Source of the DNA: Methanobacteriota archaeon
GTDB lineage: Archaea; Halobacteriota; Bog-38; Methanoflorentales; Methanoflorentaceae
Length of the DNA stretch: 64,000 nt
Assembly (NCBI GenBank): GCA_963720465.1
Contig: OY970393.1
Coordinates: 1,856,001-1,920,000, forward strand
Direction of reading: 5' to 3'
Of this stretch, positions 1 through 10,059 are shown piece by piece (within the stretch, counting starts at the first letter, position 1; every line of letters starts with the position of its first letter). The translations under genes were made by a program, and so were the position numbers. The notes under the pieces are model-generated. The model was not told the origin of the DNA and ran no database searches. It saw only the letters and a list, made by a program, of their open reading frames with translations.

Positions 1-99
1 GAAAAAAGAAGGGCGATCAAACGTACGTCTGATGTTCGGAGGTATTTATTCATTTTTTGACCACTTGAACACCACTACAGGTTCTACGGTCACATTTCA

Positions 100-114
100 A
101 CCGAAGCCTTTATA
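100..114 (+). promoter_or_regulatory. Putative BRE/TATA promoter (ACCGAAGCCTTTATA) of PQQ-repeat gene 1
   Basis: Same motif lies 72 bp upstream of both PQQ gene starts (100, 1639); a variant lies at 12814 upstream of the Ig-repeat gene. Confidence 0.55.
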
Positions 115-171
115 CTTTCTTCCGACGCGTTCTCAGGCGTCTAGTGTCTGCGAACATTGCAACAAGCAATC

Positions 172-1413
172 ATGCGCTCATACAAAACCGTCTCATTTTC
201 TGTAGTCATCCTTCTTGTTACCGTCTTGTTTGCAGGCGTTGTAACTGTTCCTGCAGCAGCGCAGTACGATGCTATGCAATATCGGTATAACGCTGCGCAC
301 ACCGGTGATTACAGCCCTGTGGCGGGGAGCAACATGTCGAATGGTCAGCTGACGTGGAGCTTCACGACGGGAAGCGTCGTGCTCTCCTCCCCTGCCGTCG
401 CCAACGGCGTCGTCTACGTGGGGAGCCAGGACAACAACGTCTACGCCCTCAACGCTACTACCGGGGCGAACGTGTGGACTTTCGCGACAGGGAGCGAGAT
501 GTACTCTTCCCCCGCCGTCGCCAACGGCGTCGTCTACGTGGCCAGCGAGGACAACAACGTCTACGCCCTCAACGCTACCACCGGGGCGAAGCTTTGGAAC
601 TACACGACCGGAAACGCCGTGCTCTCCTCTCCAGCCGTCGCCAACGGCGTCGTCTACATCGGGAGCGATGACAACAACACCTACGCCCTCAACGCGAATA
701 ACGGCACCAAGCTCTGGAACTACACGACCGGAAACGCCGTGCTCTCCTCTCCAGCCGTCGCCAACGGCGTCGTCTACGTGGGAAGCGAGGACAACAACAC
801 CTACGCCCTCAACGCGAATAACGGCACCAAGCTCTGGAACTACACGACCGGAAACGCCGTCCTCTCCTCTCCTGCGGTCGCCAACGGCGTCGTCTACGTG
901 GGGAGCCAGGACAACAACACCTACGCCCTCCACGCTACCACCGGGGCGAAGCTCTGGAACTACACGACCGGAGGTGGGGTTTATTCATCCCCCGCCGTCG
1001 CCAACGGTACGGTCTACGTGGGGAGCGAGGACAACAACGTCTACGCCCTGAACGCCACCAGCGGGGCCAAGCTCTGGAACGACACGACAGGGAGCGAGGT
1101 GTTCTCTTCCCCCGCCGTCGCCAACGGTACGGTCTACGTGGGGAGCGATGACAGCAACGTTTACGCCCTCAACGCCACCACCGGCAAGGTGACGTGGAGC
1201 TTCACGACCGGTGATGAGGTGTCCTCCTCTCCCGCCGTCGTAAACGGCACGGTCTACGTGGGGAGCTTTGACAGCTACGTCTACGCCATCGGCAACGCGG
1301 CCGCGGCCACAAGTCAGCGTGTGACGTCCGGCTTTGAGGTCACGCTCGTTTTTGTCGGACTCGTTTTTGTCGGACTCGTAATCGCCGCTTACGTAGTAAG
1401 GAGGAAGCGCTAA
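172..1413 (+). CDS. Secreted PQQ-binding-like (BamB-type) 8-bladed beta-propeller surface protein with PGF-CTERM-like tail (SGF variant)
   Basis: Signal peptide; eight 40-aa repeats SSPAVANGxVYVGSxDNNxYALNAxxGxxxW; many N-x-T sequons; C-terminal SGF + TM helix + RRKR. Confidence 0.9.
   Translation: MRSYKTVSFSVVILLVTVLFAGVVTVPAAAQYDAMQYRYNAAHTGDYSPVAGSNMSNGQLTWSFTTGSVVLSSPAVANGVVYVGSQDNNVYALNATTGANVWTFATGSEMYSSPAVANGVVYVASEDNNVYALNATTGAKLWNYTTGNAVLSSPAVANGVVYIGSDDNNTYALNANNGTKLWNYTTGNAVLSSPAVANGVVYVGSEDNNTYALNANNGTKLWNYTTGNAVLSSPAVANGVVYVGSQDNNTYALHATTGAKLWNYTTGGGVYSSPAVANGTVYVGSEDNNVYALNATSGAKLWNDTTGSEVFSSPAVANGTVYVGSDDSNVYALNATTGKVTWSFTTGDEVSSSPAVVNGTVYVGSFDSYVYAIGNAAAATSQRVTSGFEVTLVFVGLVFVGLVIAAYVVRRKR
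340..1290 (+). repeat. Intragenic 120-bp tandem repeat array (8 units)
   Basis: Near-identical units such as gccgtcgccaacggcgtcgtctacgtg recur every 120 bp; a second array lies at ~1880-2830. Confidence 0.9.
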
Positions 1414-1710
1414 CCCCCTCCGCCTGCTTTTTCTTTACGCGCAGGTGGCGGGCTGAAACGCCCGTGTACCGATAATGAGTGGGCCACGTCTGTGGGTTAA
1501 CAAGGAGTTATCAAGCGCTGTCGGAGCTGGTGGTGCCCGAATCAGAGCCGCCTGAGCCTACCGCGACTAAGACCGTTCCGGGTAGCAGGAGCACGACAAG
1601 TCGCCCAGTATTGCAAAGACACGAAATCACTTATTTGCACCGAAGCCTTTATCATATCTTCTGACACGTTCTCAGGCGTCTGGTGTCTAGGAACATTGCA
1701 CGAGGCAATC

Positions 1711-2943
1711 ATGAGCGTCTACAAAATCGCCTCATTTTCTTTAGCAATCTTCCTCATTGCTGTCTTATTTGCAGGCGTCGTAACTGTTCCTGCAGCAGCA
1801 CAGTCCGGTTCTACCCAGTTCCATTACAACGCCCAGCACACCGGTGATTACAGCCCTGTAGCGGGGAACAACGCGTCGAGTGGCAAGCTCACGTGGAGCT
1901 TCACGACAGGAGCCGCCGTCCTCTCCTCCCCCGCCGTCGTCAACGGCGTCGTCTACGTGGGAAGCGATGACAACAACCTCTACGCTCTGAACGCCACCAC
2001 AGGGGCGAAAGTGTGGGGCTACACGACAGGAGATCAGGTTTATTCATCCCCCGCCGTCGCCAACGGCACGGTCTACGTGGGCAGCGATGACAACAACGTC
2101 TACGCCATAAATGCCACGACCGGCACTAAGCTCTGGAACTACACGACCGGAAACGCCGTCCTCTCCTCTCCTGCGGTCGCCAACGGCACGGTCTACGTGG
2201 GGAGCGATGACAACAACGTCTACGCCCTCAACGCCACCACAGGGGCGAACACGTGGAGCTTCACGACCAGTGCTGCCGTCCTCTCCTCTCCTGCGGTCGC
2301 CAACGGCGTCGTCTACGTGGGAAGCGAGGACAACAACACCTACGCCCTCAACGCGAATAACGGCACCAAGCTTTGGAACTACACGACCGGAAACGCCGTC
2401 CTCTCCTCTCCTGCGGTCGCCAACGGCGTCGTCTACGTGGGGAGCCAGGACAACAACACCTACGCCCTCAACGCTACCACCGGGGCGAAGCTGTGGAACT
2501 ACACGACCGGAGGTGGGGTTTATTCATCCCCCGCTGTCGCCAACGGCACGGTTTACGTGGGCAGCGATGACAACAACGTCTACGCCCTGAACGCCACCAG
2601 CGGGGCCAAGCTCTGGAACGACACGACAGGGAGCGAGGTGTTCTCTTCCCCCGCCGTCGCCAACGGTACGGTCTACGTGGGGAGCGATGACAGCAACGTC
2701 TACGCCCTCAACGCCACCACCGGCAAGGTGACGTGGAGCTTCACGACCGGAAACGAGGTGCTCTCCTCTCCCGCCGTCGCCAACGGCACGGTGTATGTGG
2801 GGAGCTATGACGACAACGTCTACGCCGCCGGCACAGCTGCGGCCACGGGTACGACGCCCGGCTTCGAGGTCGGACTCGTTTTTGTCGGACTCGTTTTTGT
2901 CGGACTCGTAATCGCCGCTTACGTAGTAAGGAGGAAGCGCTAA
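1711..2943 (+). CDS. Second PQQ-repeat beta-propeller surface protein with canonical PGF-CTERM (archaeosortase A substrate)
   Basis: Paralog of 172..1413; ends TTPGFEVGLVFVGLVFVGLVIAAYVVRRKR. Confidence 0.9.
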   Translation: MSVYKIASFSLAIFLIAVLFAGVVTVPAAAQSGSTQFHYNAQHTGDYSPVAGNNASSGKLTWSFTTGAAVLSSPAVVNGVVYVGSDDNNLYALNATTGAKVWGYTTGDQVYSSPAVANGTVYVGSDDNNVYAINATTGTKLWNYTTGNAVLSSPAVANGTVYVGSDDNNVYALNATTGANTWSFTTSAAVLSSPAVANGVVYVGSEDNNTYALNANNGTKLWNYTTGNAVLSSPAVANGVVYVGSQDNNTYALNATTGAKLWNYTTGGGVYSSPAVANGTVYVGSDDNNVYALNATSGAKLWNDTTGSEVFSSPAVANGTVYVGSDDSNVYALNATTGKVTWSFTTGNEVLSSPAVANGTVYVGSYDDNVYAAGTAAATGTTPGFEVGLVFVGLVFVGLVIAAYVVRRKR

Positions 2944-3198
2944 GCACTCTTCTCCTTCTTTGCGCGCATGTGGCATATGCTGAAACGCCCGTATACCGAT
3001 ATGAGTAGGCGATGTCTGTGGGTCAACAAGGAGTTATTTAATGCGCTGGACCGTGTGTTCGCCACCACCGTGGCCCATGACGTGCTGACCGAAGGACAAG
3101 CGCCGGCATTGAAGGGTTCAAGCAGCGCCCGTAATCGTATGATCTTGTGGGGGGAGCCATTTTGCAGATGATGTGTGTTATCGAAGAAGGTTAAGGAA

Positions 3199-3729
3199 AT
3201 GGCGCAAGTAGTGAATGGTATTAACGTTGATCGGATAAGGGACACGGTCCGCTCGATCAGGCGCGACCCGGCCAAATCCAAGGAAATTTGGAAGGCGACA
3301 ACGACGTGGAAAGAGGGTAGCTACGTGCAGACACGGATTCGGGAGTTCACTATGGAAGGGGACGAGCCGGATAAGCTTCTCGGGGCTGGCCGCGCACCGA
3401 ACGCCGTCGAAGCGCTGCTGCACGCACTCGGAACGTGCCTTACCACCAGCGTCGTTCATCACGCCGCTGCCAAAGGGATCACTATTGACGCGTTGGATCT
3501 TGACCTGGTGGGGGAGCTTGATATGCGTGGCTACCTTGGGTTGTCGGGCGATGTCCGTCCAGGCTACCAGAACGTTACCGTCTGCTGTCGCATTTCTGCT
3601 GACGCGCCGCCTGACGCCCTAAAAGAGCTTTGGGAGCACGCTCAGTGCATATCGCCGGTTCTGGACACTGTTCGCAATCCCGTCGCTGTCTCGCTCACGC
3701 TTGACGGAAACTGGTCGGCGATGCACTAA
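3199..3729 (+). CDS. OsmC/Ohr family protein
   Basis: VNGINVD N-terminus; DEPxxLLG..APNAVEALLHALGTC and SPVLD motifs. Confidence 0.85.
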   Translation: MAQVVNGINVDRIRDTVRSIRRDPAKSKEIWKATTTWKEGSYVQTRIREFTMEGDEPDKLLGAGRAPNAVEALLHALGTCLTTSVVHHAAAKGITIDALDLDLVGELDMRGYLGLSGDVRPGYQNVTVCCRISADAPPDALKELWEHAQCISPVLDTVRNPVAVSLTLDGNWSAMH

Positions 3730-3776
3730 GTCCTGAGCGCTTCGTTGCGCTGGTAGAAGAAAGGAGTACAGACGGA

Positions 3777-4481
3777 TCACGATGAGTCGAGCAACTGTAC
3801 CAAATTGGCGACGTTGTGTTCTTGTGTGACAAATAGCGGCGGTATGCTTCGTTGAATGAATCCGGTGATTCCGAGTAGCTCTTCCATCTCAGATGACAGC
3901 GCGTACGTCGGCCGCGCGCTTGTGTCGGGTTTCTTCTGGCTAATCAGCCGGGCGTGGTGCAACAGTCTGCTGTTTTTGCTGCCCACGACGATCACAAGAT
4001 TCTCGAAGGCGTATCCGCGCTTAATGTGAGCATTGGAAGGATACCGCTGACGATACGCGGCACGTTCAGACGCTGACAACCAGTTGAAATCGATCACGTG
4101 CTCGATCGTGAAATAGCCGATGAAGTACAGCGCTTCGGGATACTCAGCGTTGTCGTGGTTAAACGGTTTTAGTCCGGCGTAAAAAACGAGCAGATCCCCT
4201 TCACTCAACTCAAGGAGATATCGACGTTTTGCCGTGGCGTCACCGTAGGTGCACGTTGCGAACTCAGGGTCATCGTGTATGGGCACGTGCCTGAGCGCTG
4301 GTGGCACATAGGTCGACAGCGGTTTTCCCTTCCTGCCGATTCGTTCGCCGTACGTGGTGGCCGTGCACGATCGATATGTCTCAGGAATGGGAACGAATTC
4401 GAACGATCCATCATCAAAAATTGGACCATAGGTCCCGCCGCTTCCCTTGTCGATGCCGACGCGCAGCAATAATGCTTTCAT
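3777..4481 (-). CDS. Nmad3 (nucleotide modification-associated domain 3) family protein
   Basis: RVGIDKGSGG..PIFDDGSFEFVPIPE, HDDPEF..TYGD, GDLLVFYAGL, LYFIGYF, NAH motifs. Confidence 0.75.
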   Translation of the reverse strand: MKALLLRVGIDKGSGGTYGPIFDDGSFEFVPIPETYRSCTATTYGERIGRKGKPLSTYVPPALRHVPIHDDPEFATCTYGDATAKRRYLLELSEGDLLVFYAGLKPFNHDNAEYPEALYFIGYFTIEHVIDFNWLSASERAAYRQRYPSNAHIKRGYAFENLVIVVGSKNSRLLHHARLISQKKPDTSARPTYALSSEMEELLGITGFIQRSIPPLFVTQEHNVANLVQLLDSS

Positions 4482-5275
4482 TGTTGTGGGTCCCACAAGT
4501 TCAGGTTCGAAGCATATAATAGCAAGCTGCTGGGCCAGTTGCCTCTGCTTGTATTCCTTGTGTATTCACGACGTCACGCGGGGTCTGCGTAAGGTCTCTC
4601 CAGATCGCCCACCCTTATTCTGTGCACTCGTATTCTTTTGAAACGCATTCTTTCGAGATCGACCCTTTCAATCTCCGAGCGCCAGCGCGAAGGCGCTGCA
4701 AGTTTGTCGATCGTAACCGACTTCATGTTCCGATGTTGCACCATGTTACCATTACTCATGCATTCGATAAAGAGAACTATTTAAACGACCTATTTAAACT
4801 CGACTCCCGGCAAACTCCAAATCGGGCTCCGTTCAGTTTTTTTATAAGGGTGAGAGCAGTTGTTGGTTCTGGTGGTTTGAGGTCACGGAACGCGATGCAT
4901 CTGAAGGCGACACACTGGACCTTCGTTTGGATTTAACCCAAACACAAATGATGTGAATCTACTGTCTGACGCTGTTCGATTGCGTGCTTGTTGGTCACCG
5001 GAAAAAGAAGCATTGCCTTCGATCTTCTTCAGTTGGTTTACCCCGAAAAAAAGTCAGTTGTCATCCATCTGTAGGTCTGTCCGGTTGCAACGTCTATTGG
5101 AACCGTGCACCTTAGGAAACCCAGAGGTAAAGGAGCCTTAGTAGATAGTTTAAAGTGTGATATTCAGATAACCCTTTGTTGTAGCTTCGCTCGCGCATCG
5201 CTCTAAATTGAGGCCGGCCTGGGCCCGGATCGACGAGTAGATACGTTTAAGCCGCGTTGACCACTTTCCACGTAC

Positions 5276-5545
5276 GTGAGTTTGCTAAGAGGGCACGAGA
5301 TTAGAACGAGTATAAAGATCGTGGTAGGTATAGTGATCGTATTTGCGCTTCTGTTAGTATTTATTCCGGCTTTCGGAGGTCATCCCCGCTCAGCGCCCTT
5401 TAACACGTCAACAAACAACTCAACTGCTAATACGACGGGGGCCTTCGCGAATTACACGAACTACACCATGCGGCATGTCGCGCACGGCGCATCTCTCCAA
5501 GGCATCATAAGGCGTTTAATATACGAAATCAGGTCAAGCGTATAG
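5276..5545 (+). CDS. Small hypothetical membrane/secreted protein
   Basis: Hydrophobic helix followed by an Asn/Thr-rich stretch with sequons. Confidence 0.4.
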   Translation: MSLLRGHEIRTSIKIVVGIVIVFALLLVFIPAFGGHPRSAPFNTSTNNSTANTTGAFANYTNYTMRHVAHGASLQGIIRRLIYEIRSSV

Positions 5546-5837
5546 CATAAAGTGGTATTCTGGGTCCGGGATCCCGAGGGCGGAAGAATTCCATTATGCC
5601 GGGCCCAAGGACTTCTCTGAAATACATCGCTCGCATGATTTCGCCGTCATTGTTCCGAGCATGAGCGAAGGGCTGTGCTGTCTGGAATAGGCGGGAGATC
5701 ACGCCAGTAAACAGGGCCCAAAGATCCGTTTAGGTGCAACTAGACAAAAACCGACAATCGGGCTGCATCTGTTGACGCTTTTAATAAGCCCTTTAAAATA
5801 GAGAAGAAAAATAATGGTTCATGATTAATTGGTGACT

Positions 5838-6471
5838 ATGGATCTAGAAAAAGCAACGTCTTACATTGACGCACTATACGAAAAAAGGGGGTTCAGCAAA
5901 AAAGGATACATTGAGGCTACGGCGTTACAGGAATTCGGAACCGTAGTGGATGATGACGTGTCGAGGATGCTTTATCTCTTAACTCGACTCACGCACGCAC
6001 GAAGGATTTTAGAAATTGGAACGAGTATAGGATATTCAACAGTATCACTAGCTAATGCTGTGAAAGGATCTGACGGCAAAATTCTCACGATTGAGTACGA
6101 GCAACACGTTGCACAGCAAGCGATGAAGAATTTTGAACGTGCTGGCGTTGCGCGGAATATTGAAGTGAAAATTGGTGATGCACGCGAAATAGTTCCCCGA
6201 ATTCGAGAACACTTTGATTTAATATTTCAAGATGTTGGTGATAAAGGGCTGTACCCTTTGTTATTTGACGATTGCGTTCGTCTTTTAAGACCTGGCGGAC
6301 TCCTTTTGGCAGAAGACACACTGTTTCCTGTTATGGGGCTGGAAAGCAGGGGGACTCGTTCCGTTGCGCCGATACAAAAGTTTAATGAAATGGTTGCCGA
6401 TAGCTCCTTTTTAGAGAGATACGATTCTGCCAATAGGCGATGGATTAACCGTAGCTGTAAAGATGGGCTAG
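5838..6471 (+). pseudogene. O-methyltransferase (Methyltransf_3/YrrM-like), frameshifted near the 3' end
   Basis: ILEIGTSIGYST, GDA and FDLIFQD motifs; the family C-terminus TILPIGDGLTVAVK is in the +1 frame after ~6418, stop at 6469-6471. Confidence 0.8.
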
Positions 6472-6742
6472 CGAGTGTTTTTTTATACAATACTGGTCCA
6501 CACAAAACTGTCCTTCTAAGAATCGCAGGTGGCCTTCCTTTTCATTCTAATATTCTAACGTTATGCGCCAGATAAAATCGACAAAATACCATTATCATTG
6601 CTCGCTGGTAGGGCAACCCTCAATACTGTTTTTTACCGATACCACATCGAGGCTCACGACTCTCCCGTAACCGCCGCCTGGTTACGAGATCGCGCGCTTC
6701 GAGCTGTAAACGAAATACTGAACGAAGTCTGAAGAACACAAA

Positions 6743-8212
6743 ATGACACTTGAGGAGAACACTCATTCCGGCATCAGCTACGAGTGGATTGCGCTTTCCG
6801 TAACGACCATTGGCGTGTTGATGGCGTCGATCGATGGGTCCGCTGTGATCATCGCGCTGCCCACGATCTTAGCGGACCTGCAGGCGAGTTTTATCACCAT
6901 GATGTGGGTACTCTTGGGGTACCTGCTTATCGTTGCGGCAATCGTACCCGTGGTGGGCAGGCTCGCGGACATACTTGGACGTAAGAACCTCTACAACATC
7001 GGCTTTGTCATCTTCACCGTCGGGTCGCTGCTGTGCGGGCTGTCGCTCCCGCAGTTCCACGGCGTTGACTTGTTGGTGTACCGCATGATACAGGGCGTCG
7101 GCGGCGCACTGCTCATGACTAATAGCGTCGTGATTGTCACCGACGCCTTTCGCAAGGGGAACATCGGTTTCGCCCTCGGAGTAAACGGGGTTGCGTTTTC
7201 TGCGGGGTTCCTCCTCGGCCCGCTCGTCGGCGGCGTGCTCACGACAATTTCGTGGCGGCTCGTGTTTCTCGTGAACGTGCCCATTGGCATTTTCGGCACG
7301 ATTTATGGGGTGTACAAGCTCAGAGAACCGGTTGTTCCGCTTGCGGATCAGATTTTTGATTGGGGCGGAGCCATTACGTTCACGACGGGACTGACAGCAC
7401 TCCTGCTCGCAGTGTCGCTCTATGCGTTTCCTATCACTGGCGTGTGGGTCGTGTACGTCATGGGCATGGTTACCGTGGTGTCGTTCGCCGCGTTCATCTT
7501 CGTCGAAGGACGGGTCCGCCAGCCGATCCTTAACATTCACCTCCTCTCGAACCGCGTCTTTACGTACGCCACCGCGGCGAGTGGACTCAGTGGCTTGGCT
7601 CGCGGTGCCGTGCTCTTCGTCCTCATCTTCTTCTTTCAGGGGCCCTATGGACTTGACCCCCTCACAACAGGCGTTCTCATGACGCCTTTCGGCGCCGCGC
7701 TGCTGGTTACTGCGCCGATTTCGGGACGTCTCTCTGACCGCTATGGGGCGCGGTACCTTGCCACCGGTGGACTCCTTATCGACGCCGGGGCGCTCATCGG
7801 GATGGCCACTATCGTGAGCACGACGCCGTACTGGGAGTTGGCCGTCTTAATGGCGCTCATCGGGGCTGGATCGGGCATCTTCTGGTCGCCAAATACGAAC
7901 GCGGCGATGAGCGCCGTGCAGCCGAACGAGCGTGGCGCGGCGTCCGGTATCCGGACGATGGTCCAGAATACCGGTCAGATGCTCGCTATTGCGATCGCAT
8001 TCCCCCTCGTCCTTAGCACACTTCCCGTAGCGGTCTTGTACCACGTCTTTCTGTACGGCGGGGGGTTGAGCAGCGATCCGCTGGTCTTGGCCGCCTTTGA
8101 GCTCGGCATGCACCAGGCATTTCTCGTGTCAGCGGCCATCTCTGCGTTGGCCGCGATCATCTCGTTTATGCGGCCGAAACACGCACCGGACGGCGCTACG
8201 GCGGCTAAGTGA
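6743..8212 (+). CDS. MFS drug:H+ antiporter (DHA2/EmrB-QacA family)
   Basis: About 14 TM helices; GRLADILGRK and GRLSDRYGAR motifs; WRLVFLVNVPIG. Confidence 0.92.
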   Translation: MTLEENTHSGISYEWIALSVTTIGVLMASIDGSAVIIALPTILADLQASFITMMWVLLGYLLIVAAIVPVVGRLADILGRKNLYNIGFVIFTVGSLLCGLSLPQFHGVDLLVYRMIQGVGGALLMTNSVVIVTDAFRKGNIGFALGVNGVAFSAGFLLGPLVGGVLTTISWRLVFLVNVPIGIFGTIYGVYKLREPVVPLADQIFDWGGAITFTTGLTALLLAVSLYAFPITGVWVVYVMGMVTVVSFAAFIFVEGRVRQPILNIHLLSNRVFTYATAASGLSGLARGAVLFVLIFFFQGPYGLDPLTTGVLMTPFGAALLVTAPISGRLSDRYGARYLATGGLLIDAGALIGMATIVSTTPYWELAVLMALIGAGSGIFWSPNTNAAMSAVQPNERGAASGIRTMVQNTGQMLAIAIAFPLVLSTLPVAVLYHVFLYGGGLSSDPLVLAAFELGMHQAFLVSAAISALAAIISFMRPKHAPDGATAAK

Positions 8213-8667
8213 TATAAAAGACTCCAAACGAGAGATAGTGATGGAGATAACTGAAACGATCAGAGGCCACATCAGAATTAACGTCGAGACGAATCCAATC
8301 TATGAAACGTTGAGTCATAGGCTCGACTGCATATGAAGACAAAGGAGACAGCAAAGCTGCTTGAAAGGCTGGAGAGCCTCGTTAAGGTGATCGTTGAGAT
8401 GCGAGCGGGCGCAAGAGTTGAGCATCTCGAAGGAGGAGTATGCTCTCTTAAATGTCGTCAAGAAGTACTTGAGCAACAGAAGTGATAGTGACCTCACCGC
8501 ATTCGTCAAGGAGCTGGATCGAAAGATCAAGACGATGTTCTTCCTCTGACTGGTGGCGAAAGGTAAAGATGTCAACGGGGGTAGAGCAAACGCTGTTTGA
8601 CACGTGCTTCCAGAAGTTTGCAGGCGACCTTGATACGAAACAGCTTACGTCGTTGCCGAAGAATTGA
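8210..8667 (+). pseudogene. hsdR: Degraded C-terminal fragment of a type I restriction enzyme R subunit (DUF3387-like)
   Basis: Across frameshifts: IRGHIRINVETNPIYETLSHRL / AQELSISKEEYALLNVV / DWWRKVKMSTGVEQTL; followed by an M48 gene, as in typical type I R-M loci. Confidence 0.6.
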
Positions 8668-8686
8668 TGATTTTCATCATCCGTAG

Positions 8687-9403
8687 GTGAGTAATGTGGG
8701 GACAGTAATGGTAGGGGCTATAGAGGTTCCGTACCACGTGAAAGTTGGCAAGAGCTCCAAGTACATTCACCTCAGGTTTACGCAGGATCTTCAGCTGGAA
8801 GTCGTTATTCCACCAGATGCTCGAGTAGATGCAAAGAGCGTTCTGAAGAAGAAGCAAGCATGGATCGAACGAAAATACGGCGAATTATCGAGCAGACGGT
8901 GTGTTTTTGATGCCGGTTCTGTCATGCATAAGGGACGGTATCTTGCGATCAGTACAGTCTCATCCAGCAAAGAGGCAGATGAGATCGAGATAAAGAACGA
9001 TCAAATCATCATACGCGTGAACGGAACGAAGGAGCCGCTGTTATTGTTGAAAGAATGGATGAGCAAAGCAACCTTCGAGCTTCTGACGAGCAGATTACCC
9101 GTTTACGCAACGCGGTTTGGCCTCAGCTTAGGGAACGTGTCCGTCAAAAATACAAAGCGATGGGGCTACTGCACGAAGGACGGTCTTTTAGTTTTCACGT
9201 GGCAATTGATCGCGCTACCAGACAAGCTGGCGGAATATGTCATGATTCATGAGTTAACCCACCTATTCGAATTTAACCACTCGAAGAGGTTCTGGGCTAA
9301 ACTGGCATCCGTGTGTCCAGATTTTAAGGGGCAGCACCGTGCCCTTAGCAATATCTGTACGACTAAGTCCGCAGATTTGAATGCGTATGAATTGCTCAAC
9401 TAG
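8687..9403 (+). CDS. M48/SprT-like zinc metallopeptidase (DUF45/YgjP family)
   Basis: RWGYC, EYVMIHELTHL..NHSKRFW motifs. Confidence 0.88.
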   Translation: MSNVGTVMVGAIEVPYHVKVGKSSKYIHLRFTQDLQLEVVIPPDARVDAKSVLKKKQAWIERKYGELSSRRCVFDAGSVMHKGRYLAISTVSSSKEADEIEIKNDQIIIRVNGTKEPLLLLKEWMSKATFELLTSRLPVYATRFGLSLGNVSVKNTKRWGYCTKDGLLVFTWQLIALPDKLAEYVMIHELTHLFEFNHSKRFWAKLASVCPDFKGQHRALSNICTTKSADLNAYELLN

Positions 9404-9407
9404 ACTG

Positions 9408-9720
9408 CTAAAATGGCGTCTTATCGAAAATTCCTTGATATCCTGGTCGTTGAGCTGCAGATACACCGGCGTAACGTTCAAACTCGAATGCCCGAGCACC
9501 TGCCGCAGTCGCCTGATATCTCAGCCGTTTCGCGCACAGTGGATCGCATATGAGTGTCGAAAGGTGTGTGGGTTGGCGTCTTTAGGATGACCGAACTGTA
9601 GCGCTTGACGACATTGCCACCTGCCGTTGTTTGACAGCAAAGATAGTCTGATCATCGCGCACTAGTGAGCCGCTGCAAGAACCTGATCGACCTGCCCTCT
9701 CGAGGTAGTCGGTATACTCT
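9408..9720 (-). pseudogene. Tyrosine recombinase remnant D (catalytic Tyr retained)
   Basis: Across frameshifts and a stop: NPHTFRHSYAIHCARNG*DIRRLRQVLGHSSLNVTPVYLQLNDQD..DKTPF*; homologous to 33953..34465. Confidence 0.8.
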
Positions 9721-10059
9721 TCACGCGCAGTGCCGAAAAGGCAACGGTAGCTGTCTTGAACGTGATCCATCGCAGCATGGCAGTGTGAAAAAATCAGTCG
9801 ACGGAGCGGCAATGTATCATCCGCCTGCGGCTAAAAAAAAGGGAGTCAGACGACAATCGAAGAGCAATATGCACGTATACCGTGCAATCTACGTATTGCT
9901 TCGCTCGAACATCACGCATCCGGTTTCAACAGAGATATCGGTACGCCTCCCGACTAGACGAGCACTTCTTTAAAAGCTTTTCGTCAGCATCCTCGTCCCT
10001 GCACTGCTGACCGTCAAAATTGCGTCTTCTACATGAGTGTTCTTCTTTTTGAGCGCGAT

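Noticed and set aside
340-2830. CRISPR-like array of regular repeats
   Set aside because: The repeats are in-frame 120-bp protein-coding units without unique spacers; no cas genes
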